Shown piece after piece: positions 9,339 through 18,424 of a DNA stretch of 64,000 bases. The stretch lies in the IMG/VR virus record IMGVR_UViG_3300028837_004134, positions 19,417 through 83,416 of that record. One strand, 5' to 3'. Both the position numbers and the translations under genes were made by a program. The first letter of the stretch is position 1, and each line of letters begins with the position of its first letter. This stretch comes from a virus. Under the pieces are notes generated by a model that was given only the letters and a program-made list of their open reading frames with translations, was not told the origin of the DNA and searched no databases.

Positions 9339-10942
9339 TGCGATTCCTTTTCATTGGACGGGCTCTTTTCCGCGCAAAGCGCCTTGATGCCAAGCGACCG
9401 GAATGTCACCTTTATGCTTTCGTCTCTGCCGTCGTAGCCGATGCGCTCGATTAAGAGCTTGATGATCCGGGATTGCTCCCGAGAGTTAAGTGACTTCCAA
9501 ACCGGCGTGAAGGCCGACAAGGACCGCGCTATTTCCTCTTCGTCTACCGCTTCCCTCTGCAGGGTGATGATCTCATCTTCGATCTCCGTCATACGCTGCT
9601 CGGCGTTACGAATCTGATCCTGGAGATCGGCCAGTTGGTCAATAGTGGAACTGTCGATTGAAATGCCCGATGGTTCCCCGATGAGCTTCCGCAGTCTTAT
9701 GTGCAAACGCCTGAGTTGCTTTTTCTGGACTCGTTGTTCACGGTTCAGTTCCGCAAGGCGGGTTTCACTCTTTGCCTGAACCCGCCTCACCGTCTCTGCG
9801 ATGATCTCCTGGTTGGAGCCGATCCCATGGATATGTTCCACTATAAAGGACTCGATATCATGGGCGTTGATAGATTTCGTTGGGCACGCCGACCACCCTC
9901 GTTGCTGAGCATTCAAGCAGACATAATAGCGGTAGCGTCTGTTCTTCTTAACGGTATAAGTGTGCATCATGGCAGTGCCGCAGGGGACGCAATAGAGTAG
10001 CCCTCTTAGAAGCGCTCCGTACTTGCTGCGCACGTCTATTCCGCCACTGCGTGCGTTCTGCCTTAGCAGATCCCGGCCCTGCTGCCACAGGTCCTCGCTA
10101 ATAATCTGTTCGTGTTCCCCAGGATAAATCGAATCCTTGTATCTTACTTTTCCAGTGTAGATTACATTGGTAAGCAAACGGAAAAGGCTATTCTTGGTGA
10201 ACTGCTTACCTCCGCGCTCCCGTCCCTTTTTGGTGACCCAGTGTTTCGTATGCCAGTTTCGTCGATTGAGTTCCTGCACGACGGTGAGCAGCCTCTGGCG
10301 GTCGAGATACAGGTCGAAAATCGCACGAACCTGTTCAGCTTCCTCCTGGTTGACGACGAGTCGGCCAGCCTGTGAATCAATGTCATAACCCAACACCGGC
10401 ATCCCACCGGTCCATTTGCCCTTTTTTCTCGCTGCCGATATCTTGTCCCGCGTGCGCTCGGAGATGATCTCCCGCTCGAACTGGGCGAAGGAGAGCAGGA
10501 TGTTCAGGGTAAGGCGGCCCATTGAACTGGTCGTGTTGAACTGCTGGGTAACCGAAACGAAACTCACACCGTGCTTGTCAAAAAGCCCGATGATGCGAGA
10601 AAAGTCGAGCAGCGAGCGACTCAAGCGATCTACCTTGTAGACCACCACACAATCGATCTCACCATTCTCGATGTCCGAGATAAGGCGTCTGAGTGCGGGG
10701 CGTTCCATGTTACCACCAGTGAAGCCGCCGTCGTTATAAGCATCGGGTTGGCAGACCCAACCCTCATGCTGCTGACTTCTGATGAATGACTCGGCCGACT
10801 CCCGCTGGGCGTCCAGACTGTTGAACTCCTGGTCGAGCCCTTCGTCTGTGGATTTGCGGGTGTATATTGCACAGCGGATGGTTCCATTGTGATTCGGGCA
10901 TATATCTCCTGGCGTAGTGTAAGCCCGACTTCCGGAATTCAT
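9335..10942 (-). CDS. Large serine recombinase (resolvase + recombinase + zinc ribbon)
   Basis: YTRKST catalytic Ser, VYKVDRLSRS, FAQFERE, CxxC..YYVC..CP, coiled coil. Confidence 0.95.
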   Translation of the reverse strand: MNSGSRAYTTPGDICPNHNGTIRCAIYTRKSTDEGLDQEFNSLDAQRESAESFIRSQQHEGWVCQPDAYNDGGFTGGNMERPALRRLISDIENGEIDCVVVYKVDRLSRSLLDFSRIIGLFDKHGVSFVSVTQQFNTTSSMGRLTLNILLSFAQFEREIISERTRDKISAARKKGKWTGGMPVLGYDIDSQAGRLVVNQEEAEQVRAIFDLYLDRQRLLTVVQELNRRNWHTKHWVTKKGRERGGKQFTKNSLFRLLTNVIYTGKVRYKDSIYPGEHEQIISEDLWQQGRDLLRQNARSGGIDVRSKYGALLRGLLYCVPCGTAMMHTYTVKKNRRYRYYVCLNAQQRGWSACPTKSINAHDIESFIVEHIHGIGSNQEIIAETVRRVQAKSETRLAELNREQRVQKKQLRRLHIRLRKLIGEPSGISIDSSTIDQLADLQDQIRNAEQRMTEIEDEIITLQREAVDEEEIARSLSAFTPVWKSLNSREQSRIIKLLIERIGYDGRDESIKVTFRSLGIKALCAEKSPSNEKESQ

Positions 10943-11484
10943 TCTCGTTCATCCCTCCTCTCGGTTTCATGGTTTCCATTGCTACGTACTTTGCTTCCGG
11001 TGAGACCGAAGAAAAGAAAGCCGTTCCATTTATTCCCAGTCACTTCACGTGCGATGGCGCTGAGTGATTTGTAGCGGCGATCTTCGTACTCGAACCCCTC
11101 GTCAAGAACCTTGACCACGACGGTCTTGTCACGGAACTCCCGCACAAGAAGCGTGCCCGGCAGAGGAAGACGGGAATCACGGGAGGTACTGACTCTTCCG
11201 CTTATCGTCCTACTGCGCATCTCGGCCGATCCGTACTTGTATGGATCGCGGGGAGTACGGATTCTCAGGTCAGCGTCGTTGGCTAATTCTTCAGCCCGGC
11301 GGCGGGCCCGTTGGGAAAGATCACCTTCAGCCAGAGACTGCAGTCGCCAGGCGATACGTTTGCGTAGGAACTCCTTGTGGTGGGAGCGAGTCTCCTCACC
11401 GAAGACGTCGAGGTATTTCTCCCGCAGCTCCCCGACAGTTATCCTGCCTAATTCCTGGACTTCCTTGTACGTCTCTGCGTTCAT
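10939..11484 (-). CDS. DUF2924 family protein
   Basis: RIAWRLQ..PGTLLVREF..YKSLSAIAREVTGNKWNGFLFFGL. Confidence 0.9.
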   Translation of the reverse strand: MNAETYKEVQELGRITVGELREKYLDVFGEETRSHHKEFLRKRIAWRLQSLAEGDLSQRARRRAEELANDADLRIRTPRDPYKYGSAEMRSRTISGRVSTSRDSRLPLPGTLLVREFRDKTVVVKVLDEGFEYEDRRYKSLSAIAREVTGNKWNGFLFFGLTGSKVRSNGNHETERRDERE

Positions 11485-11538
11485 CTCCAAACCTCCATTC
11501 TTCTCTTCGCAGCGTTAAGTTACCTATGAATGAAGGCC

Positions 11539-11742
11539 TTAGCGGCTCGAACTATCAAGGTGATTCTCCGTAAACGGCTCAGATTCTACGACTTGCGCCA
11601 CATCGGTAGGGATTGATGGGTACTCGGGCGATGGTGAAAGACGTCTTGACTTGAGATGTCTGAAGCAGCCTCCAGCCAGGATTGAAGCAATCTCTGTTGC
11701 GACCTCGTCCGGTTCCGTTGGGAGGTGATCATCGTTATCCAT
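11539..11742 (-). CDS. Small hypothetical protein
   Basis: EIASILA motif; paralog at 62514-62741. Confidence 0.55.
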   Translation of the reverse strand: MDNDDHLPTEPDEVATEIASILAGGCFRHLKSRRLSPSPEYPSIPTDVAQVVESEPFTENHLDSSSR

Positions 11743-11782
11743 GTGTTTCTCCTTCGCAGTAAAAGCGCCAGCATACGATAGA

Positions 11783-11813
11783 TACCTACCGGAGGTGTTC
11801 TTGAATCGTCGAA
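11783..11813 (-). promoter_or_regulatory. Element sigma-type promoter motif copy 2
   Basis: TTCGAC-N15-CCGGTAGGTA upstream of the DUF2924-recombinase operon. Confidence 0.7.
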
Positions 11814-12009
11814 CCGGGTTCGTCAGAAACCACCGGGCTGTTAACCAGCGGGAATCTGGAAATGGAGAAACGGAGAATCAGGAGGAGATATTCGCGGGCA
11901 TCGGGTGCATATCGTCCGGTTTGTTTTTCACCCCGGAGGGAACGTCTCGGAACGGAGAATCAGGGATGATGTACGGATGCGCTTAACCCCGCGCAACTCA
12001 AACAGAAAC

Positions 12010-12077
12010 GACAAAACCCCGACCGGTTGTCCCGTCGGGGTTTCGCGTTAAACAAAAACCGCCAGAGTTGGCGGCTA
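12010..12077 (-). terminator. Tandem hairpin terminators downstream of the tRNA 3' end
   Basis: AGCCGCCA-actc-TGGCGGTT-TTTGTTT and AAACCCCGAC..GTCGGGGTTT; conserved at 63055-63127. Confidence 0.65.
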
Positions 12078-12083
12078 TAATTT

Positions 12084-12092
12084 TGGCTCCCC
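12084..12092 (-). other. att core: duplicated tRNA 3' end GGGGAGCCA (A/B junction)
   Basis: A/B homology runs up to this 9-mer and stops exactly there; identical to 63134-63142. Confidence 0.8.
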
Positions 12093-12529
12093 GAACGCAA
12101 CGACCAACATAACCGCTTCCGATCATTCTCACTCTCCCGCCGCTAACCGTAAGTCTTCTAATATCAATAGGATGTCAGCAGGATGTGGGGAGAGCGCCGC
12201 TCGAAGAGGGCAAGAAACGACATCAATTCCAGTTCCCTCAACATCCTTTATCCCGCCAAGACGTGCAATCTCAGTGGTCTTCATTCGTCCGGCCCCCTGT
12301 GCGATGTGGTATCCTCGTCAACCCAGTCTTCCTCTTCCCAGGTCATGCCACGGCGGCCGGGTACTTTGCGTGTGGCACCAGCTCGGTAGAACGGGCAGCT
12401 TTTCGGGCCGCGTAGCTTAGGCCCAGAGCGTTGCCACTCTGGGCCCAATCCCCCTCGCTGTGGGCTGGCGCGTCTTGTTCGACCAGCGTCCTGCAACGGG
12501 CTAAAATGAACGCGCGCCAGCCAGAGCAC

Positions 12530-15199
12530 TCATTTGAGCAGCACCATCTTCCGGCTTTCGACGAATTCACCGGCTTCAAGACGGTAGAAGTAAACACCGC
12601 TGGCGACGTCGCTGCCATCCCAGGTACATGAGTATTCTCCCGGGCTGAGGTATTTATCTGCCAGAGTTGTTATCCTCTGCCCCATGACGTTGTAGATTTC
12701 GAGCTTTGCGTGGGATCCCCGAGGCAAGGAGAACCTGATCTCAGTAATCGGGTTGAACGGGTTCGGGCGGTTTTGCGACAAGAAGAACGATCCTGGTAAC
12801 TCTCTCTCGCTTGGATTCTCTGCATCATTGTAATCCCCTGGTGCAGGCCGAGGCTGATCATCCATGCAACCTTGCACAATATTGAAGCCCTTCTCGTTCT
12901 CCTTCACGTCTAAATTCTCATAGAGCGGAACACTTGGCCAATTACGGACAAAGATTCTGTAGCTACCTGCAAGAACGTCCTCAAACGAGTATACACCAGC
13001 AGCATTAGTCGTGACAGTATCTATGCTATCCGTCAGCGTGTTCACGAGGCACACATACAGACCGTTAATAGGGGTAGCATCGTCAAGGGTAGGGTCACAG
13101 TAATGTTTTGCCCAGCCCTTGATCTCAAACCCAGGCGTGCAGAAGTTCCTGTAGGGCGAACTCCAATCACCCCAGCCGCAATCATTATGAGCACGAACAC
13201 GCCAGTAGTACCTGGTGCCTTGAGCGAGACCGGAGGCGTTGTAGTAAGACGGTTGGGCATCTATCACCGGCAAACTGAAATCGGGGTTGGTGTCCACCTG
13301 GATCTGGTACTTGTCCGCACCACTGACATCACTCCAATCAAGATGGACCGGCTGAGACTGCTTCCTTGCCTCACTATCCGGACTCACATACAACGGTGCA
13401 GGCGGCGCCGATATGACCGTCACTGTCCTGTCCGGACTATCACCGCTGCAACCACAATCGTTACATGCCCGGACATCGTAGGTGTAATCACCTATGACAT
13501 TCTTGGTATAGCACTTCTGACTCACGTTGCCCACGTTGTCCCAGGAACCACCATTCTCCCGAATCTCATAGAATGTGGCGCCAGACACAGGTGACCAACT
13601 CACACAAAACTCGTTATCCACGCACACCGGGTTCGGCGACGCTGTGGGCTGAGGAGGTGGAGGGGGGGGACCATTCACCGTCACACATCGCTGAGGACTA
13701 TTACCGCTGGTCCCACACTGGTTCTTTGCCTTTACTGTGTAGCAGTATTCGCCCGGGGACGGCTTCGACGTGCACCAGCTTGTTGTATTGCCGACATTCT
13801 GACAACTGCTTCCCACACAGACCTCATACGAAGTCGCACCCGACACCGAACCCCATGTCAGGCAGTATTGTGAATTCACGCATACCGGATTGGGCGAAGC
13901 CGACGGTGTGCCCGGTGTACCGGGAACATCGACTGCGTAAAAGTTACGAGTTGAACACCAGTAGCCACAACCGCAATCATCATTGCATCCCGCCACCCGC
14001 CAATAATACGTCTTCCAGGGATCAAGGCCGCTTGCATAATAATGTGATGTGGATGTATAGACGTCTATCACCGGGCTGGAAAAATCTGAATTGTCATCTA
14101 CCTGCAAATGATATTCTGTCGCATCCCCGACGTCCGACCAGTCGATAGGTACCGACGGATTAACACAAACCGTTGTGTTATGTGGTACCAATGGCACCGG
14201 TGCGCCGGGAACATCGACTGCGTAAAAGTTACGAGTTGAACACCAGTAGCCACAACCGCAATCATCATTGCATCCCGCCACCCGCCAATAATACGTCTTC
14301 CAGGGATCAAGGCCGCTTGCATAATAATGTGATGCGGATGTATAGACATCTATCACCGGGCTGGAAAAATCTGAATTGTCATCTACCTGCAAATGATATT
14401 CTGTCGCATCCCCGACATCCGTCCAGTCGATAGGTACCGACGGATTAACACAAGCCGTTGTGTTATGTGGTACCAATGGCACCGGTGCGCCGGGGGTTTC
14501 GCAGTTTATATCCAAAAAGTATTCACCGCTTGCCGTATTATTGCACCATACTACCAAACCATACCAGTCAGTCGACTGCACTGTATAAGTAAAGGTCTCA
14601 TCCCCCGATATGCCATTAACATCTGACTTCCTGATTTGTGCAGAGCGGGTGGCGTAGTATGCGCTGTTCTCTGATTTAAATAATGCCACCCCTAAATCAA
14701 TTGTTCCATTTGTTATATCCAATGTAAAGGTAAATGTCTCCCCTGCTTCTAAATAAACATCCCAGATTTTGACCACATGATATGAGTCCCAATTATAGGC
14801 TCCAAATCTTCCGGGTGGGTCTAGATATTCGCTTCCGTTTTCGTATTCAACGTAACACCCGACTGATCCACTGTATTTCTTAATCTTTATCCCCTCCCAT
14901 CCGGTTGGTGAATGATTGTAATCAGTCACAACATAATCCACTGCATCGCCTGACCATTCAGACGATGCCACCAAGTTGCTAAATGAAGTTTCAGTATATA
15001 ATTGAATATCCCAATCATCGCCACTCATTGGCCTAACCCCTACAACAGCCCAGAAATAATCACCTTGATTGTATTTGAAATACCACGGCGTAGTGTATCC
15101 CAAGATGTTAATAACCTCTCCATCGGAAAGTACCTGCGCTGGAAATACAGGGGAAGCCATTATCACATAAAACAGGGAAATCAATATCAACGTTCTCAT
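12530..15199 (-). CDS. Secreted Cys-rich FN3-repeat protein with T9SS type A sorting domain
   Basis: Signal peptide MRTLILISLFY..; YHLQVDDNSDFSSP..YYWRV FN3 units; C-terminal LSQNRPNPFNP..SGVYFYRL..KMVLLK. Confidence 0.9.
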   Translation of the reverse strand: MRTLILISLFYVIMASPVFPAQVLSDGEVINILGYTTPWYFKYNQGDYFWAVVGVRPMSGDDWDIQLYTETSFSNLVASSEWSGDAVDYVVTDYNHSPTGWEGIKIKKYSGSVGCYVEYENGSEYLDPPGRFGAYNWDSYHVVKIWDVYLEAGETFTFTLDITNGTIDLGVALFKSENSAYYATRSAQIRKSDVNGISGDETFTYTVQSTDWYGLVVWCNNTASGEYFLDINCETPGAPVPLVPHNTTACVNPSVPIDWTDVGDATEYHLQVDDNSDFSSPVIDVYTSASHYYASGLDPWKTYYWRVAGCNDDCGCGYWCSTRNFYAVDVPGAPVPLVPHNTTVCVNPSVPIDWSDVGDATEYHLQVDDNSDFSSPVIDVYTSTSHYYASGLDPWKTYYWRVAGCNDDCGCGYWCSTRNFYAVDVPGTPGTPSASPNPVCVNSQYCLTWGSVSGATSYEVCVGSSCQNVGNTTSWCTSKPSPGEYCYTVKAKNQCGTSGNSPQRCVTVNGPPPPPPQPTASPNPVCVDNEFCVSWSPVSGATFYEIRENGGSWDNVGNVSQKCYTKNVIGDYTYDVRACNDCGCSGDSPDRTVTVISAPPAPLYVSPDSEARKQSQPVHLDWSDVSGADKYQIQVDTNPDFSLPVIDAQPSYYNASGLAQGTRYYWRVRAHNDCGWGDWSSPYRNFCTPGFEIKGWAKHYCDPTLDDATPINGLYVCLVNTLTDSIDTVTTNAAGVYSFEDVLAGSYRIFVRNWPSVPLYENLDVKENEKGFNIVQGCMDDQPRPAPGDYNDAENPSERELPGSFFLSQNRPNPFNPITEIRFSLPRGSHAKLEIYNVMGQRITTLADKYLSPGEYSCTWDGSDVASGVYFYRLEAGEFVESRKMVLLK
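13921..14493 (-). repeat. Two near-identical 285-bp FN3 coding repeats
   Basis: Copies start at 13921 and 14206. Confidence 0.9.
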
Positions 15200-15332
15200 T
15201 GTACCCTCCAAGACTTGTGTTTCACTTCTTACTCGGATTCCTTCGTTGTCCATTCAACCCTCTATAGCTGCATCGTGGTGCAGTTGCAGAGAATCAGACA
15301 GGAGAAATCGGCAGTTTTGTTGAGAAATGCGG

Positions 15333-17495
15333 CTATTCTCGGCCTTCGACCATGCGAAGCTGGCCTTCGGTGACCCAACCGGAGTCGGTCCAGTAGGTTA
15401 CGGCGTCGCGGAGAGAGCCGTAATACGCCCGTGCGTCCTCAATCGGTGGCAGTTTGCCTTCTGCGACCAGGTGCCGGCGGTGGGTTATCAGGAAATCGTT
15501 CATGGCAACTTTGATGACTCGCAGGCGGTGATCAATGGTATAGATCAGCGAAGGCGTGTACTCGAATTTGACGGATTCGGAGATATGGACCTGAATTTGG
15601 CCGTCGTCAGCCAATCGTATGCCGTTGGGGCCGGGGGAGTTGTACCCCATAGGTAGCTCGCCGGGAAGGCAACCAATGTCTGATTTGGGAAAGAGAATGT
15701 AGCCCACTTGATTTCCTGGAATCCACCAGGGGTATTCGTTTTCTATACCAGGTTCGATGGGCGAGAAACCCTGAATGGAATCAGGTCTCAGTACTAGCAA
15801 GGCAACGCATTTCTTCCTGTTATAGAATCCTGTAAATAGAATCTCCTGCTGGCCGTCGCGGTCTATGTCTATCATCTTCTGGACGACCCCGTGCCCCCAG
15901 TGAATATACCATCCCAGCGAGTCGCCGTTCGGATTCCACAGTCGAAGATGTGCGCGAGCCGGTAGCTCCTGGTAAACCGTGGAGATGATTATTGGTCCGT
16001 TCCTCGTCTCCGCAATCCCTAGATAGCCCGCATCATATTGCACTCCTGTGGTGTCTTTCGGATATCTTCCCAGAATGGCTGCGTTTCGCATCCACCGAAG
16101 CTGCCCGTCATGCGAATAGAACCGGAGGAGCGCCCTGTCGTTACATACTTCATCGATTCTCGGCAGGAAGACGACCTCGTTCTTGCCATCGCTGTCGAAA
16201 TCATACAACCGGCCAAAACATGTGGCCCAGAGATTATCGCTGGTGATCTTGGAAATAGGACACGACAGCACGTCAGCCCATAACAAAGTACTGTCCCGGT
16301 TGTAGACTTCAAGTCCGTTAGTTGCTGGGTTGGCGATGGCATAGACAGGATTATCGTCAAACCAGGGCATGTAACTGGCCGGAGCCACCAGGTAGTACAA
16401 CACAGCCAGCATGACCAGCAGTGCCGGAACCTCTACCCAAACCGACCGCTTTGCTTTCCATGCCCTGCGTGCGACATAAGCGGCTGCTGAAGACCGCTCA
16501 GCCAATATCAAACGGGGATCGTTGACCACGGCCCCGATGGTCTCCACTCCGGCCAGATCGAGCCTTCGGCCAGGATCCTTCTTTTCCAGCTCCAATACCT
16601 GTGTCTGTGCGTCGGCCAGGTGCTTGCGGGGAATCACCAGGAGACTCAGATACGAATGGAAGGCCCGATAGATCTTGAGTTTGAGAGCATCGCTATCTAC
16701 CGGACTGAGTCTGCCATCGGCTGACAGGGCTCCGCTGAACGCCACCGAAGGCGAAACCGAAAGTTTGTCGCGGAATACCTCTGTTCTAGTCATGGCAGCG
16801 ATGGCACCAACCGCAAAAGCCACGCCCAGGGAATCACCTGTAAATCTAGCACCGGAAGAGTCAACGGCATAATCAAATCGGTAGCGCTTCTTGTGTGGCA
16901 ACCCGTATCGAGTTTCGAGGAATGCCCGTGCGGCCTTGATGGAATCGCGAGCCTGGGCAAGGAATCGATCATCGGGTTCACTCACCGGATTGCGAACAAC
17001 GACGTCATCGTCTTCTGCTTGTGAGGATATCCTGGAGGCGGTGACGATCAGATTCAATATGCGGCCTCTTGGGAGCAGATCCAAATCCGGATAATGTTCC
17101 ACGAAAAGGCAGGTGATGCGCACAGAACTTCCCGGCGACGAATGTAAAAGCGGAGATTTTTCCGCACCCATATCGATCTTGCCAGCCAGGCACGAAAAGG
17201 CATCGATATCATCCGGAGACACGACGACAGTTGGCTGTGTCTTCAGAAGATCAACCAGTCTCTCAACAGATTCAGTTTCCTCAGGTAGGAATTCCTGGGG
17301 ATCACTCTTGCCGGCTGCGATGGCGAGAGTCGGGATAAACTCACGGAAGTAGGACTCAATCCCTGCACCTTGATGGGACGCAACGGGATCAAAGAACCGC
17401 AGCCCGCACAGTAACCTCAGTTCAGGCATCTGTGCCAGCTTCAGGTCGTGGCGAAGTCGTGATGCCGCCCTTTCGATTTCTAATATGGAATTCAA
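15333..17495 (-). CDS. Single-pass membrane protein: cytoplasmic Lon (S16)-like protease domain + extracytoplasmic FG-GAP/beta-propeller-like domain
   Basis: TGDS222LG, VAFSGALSADGRLSPV, LKLK274, LLVIP match the Lon proteolytic domain; TM ~352-372 after RRAWKAKR; DFDSDGKNE and DIDRDGQQE repeats. Confidence 0.75.
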   Translation of the reverse strand: MNSILEIERAASRLRHDLKLAQMPELRLLCGLRFFDPVASHQGAGIESYFREFIPTLAIAAGKSDPQEFLPEETESVERLVDLLKTQPTVVVSPDDIDAFSCLAGKIDMGAEKSPLLHSSPGSSVRITCLFVEHYPDLDLLPRGRILNLIVTASRISSQAEDDDVVVRNPVSEPDDRFLAQARDSIKAARAFLETRYGLPHKKRYRFDYAVDSSGARFTGDSLGVAFAVGAIAAMTRTEVFRDKLSVSPSVAFSGALSADGRLSPVDSDALKLKIYRAFHSYLSLLVIPRKHLADAQTQVLELEKKDPGRRLDLAGVETIGAVVNDPRLILAERSSAAAYVARRAWKAKRSVWVEVPALLVMLAVLYYLVAPASYMPWFDDNPVYAIANPATNGLEVYNRDSTLLWADVLSCPISKITSDNLWATCFGRLYDFDSDGKNEVVFLPRIDEVCNDRALLRFYSHDGQLRWMRNAAILGRYPKDTTGVQYDAGYLGIAETRNGPIIISTVYQELPARAHLRLWNPNGDSLGWYIHWGHGVVQKMIDIDRDGQQEILFTGFYNRKKCVALLVLRPDSIQGFSPIEPGIENEYPWWIPGNQVGYILFPKSDIGCLPGELPMGYNSPGPNGIRLADDGQIQVHISESVKFEYTPSLIYTIDHRLRVIKVAMNDFLITHRRHLVAEGKLPPIEDARAYYGSLRDAVTYWTDSGWVTEGQLRMVEGRE

Positions 17496-17513
17496 CTCCC
17501 CATGCCCCCCATC

Positions 17514-18326
17514 TTATTGATAGAAATACATTTCCAGCTTCTCGACGGCATCAATATCGCCAAAAGATGCCTGGTCGGAGACCACTGGCTGTATCTGAAC
17601 TAATTGCTCTGTTCCAGCCACACGAACTGCTACCTTCAGAGTCGCCTTCATGTGCACTTTCGACAACTCAAGAATCTGGATGTCAAGACGGTAGTTATGA
17701 CCTTCACCGGTCAACGCTACTTTGACGCGGTCACCACTGGTCGACTTGAGTTCGGCAGTGTCCCCCGTCTCGTCGGCTCCGAATGGGCTCAAGATAAAAG
17801 TGGCCTTTGGCGGTCTCACTTCGGCGGCAGACAGCTCCTTCTCAGGCCAATCAACGACACCCAGATTCACGCGGCCTTGAGTGTCAGTTACGAATTCCTG
17901 ATTCCCCAAGGGCAATTTCACCAGGACGTTCTCATACAGAGTAGGATCATCAGCCACGACATACAGCCATGTTTCCTTGGTATGAGCGTCTCGAACGGCT
18001 CGAAGCAGGACCTGTTGATCTTCCGAGGCAAGCGTGATTGCATCTTTCTCGGTGTCTCGTTGCGCACCCTGTGCGGCCAGTTTCAGCGGTGTCGGTCCGC
18101 CCGGGGTAGCGTCCAGTGGCAAGGGCATCAGGCGTATAATATCTGGCGTCGCCGAAGCATCCCAAACGGCCTGAAGGCGCTCCAGCTCCTTGTTCAGCTG
18201 AGTCAACGTGAACCGGCACTGGGGACAGTCCTCCAGATGGCGCTCCAGACTTACCTGGTTTGGGGCGTCTTCCTCCAGCAGATACCTCTCCCACTGCTCG
18301 CTGGTTGGGCATTCCCATTTCTGCAT
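17514..18326 (-). CDS. Soluble zf-HC2 anti-sigma-like protein
   Basis: C6..H30LEDC34PQC37 ZAS motif; Pro/Gly linker ending LKLAA; beta-rich C-terminal domain; no TM. Confidence 0.75.
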   Translation of the reverse strand: MQKWECPTSEQWERYLLEEDAPNQVSLERHLEDCPQCRFTLTQLNKELERLQAVWDASATPDIIRLMPLPLDATPGGPTPLKLAAQGAQRDTEKDAITLASEDQQVLLRAVRDAHTKETWLYVVADDPTLYENVLVKLPLGNQEFVTDTQGRVNLGVVDWPEKELSAAEVRPPKATFILSPFGADETGDTAELKSTSGDRVKVALTGEGHNYRLDIQILELSKVHMKATLKVAVRVAGTEQLVQIQPVVSDQASFGDIDAVEKLEMYFYQ

Positions 18327-18424
18327 ACTACTATCTTTCCCGCTTCCTCAACAAAACACGGAATTACTTCCTCCAACCTGTCACAATGTAATAGGTGCAG
18401 GGCACCACGCCTGCAGATTTCTAT

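Larger units (their letters stand above)
4253..12092 (-). mobile_element. Element B: truncated DUF2924/serine-recombinase integrative element (left end not defined)
   Basis: Gene-by-gene colinear with 54801-63142; begins at the duplicated tRNA 3' end; lacks helicase, primase and terminase modules. Confidence 0.8.
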
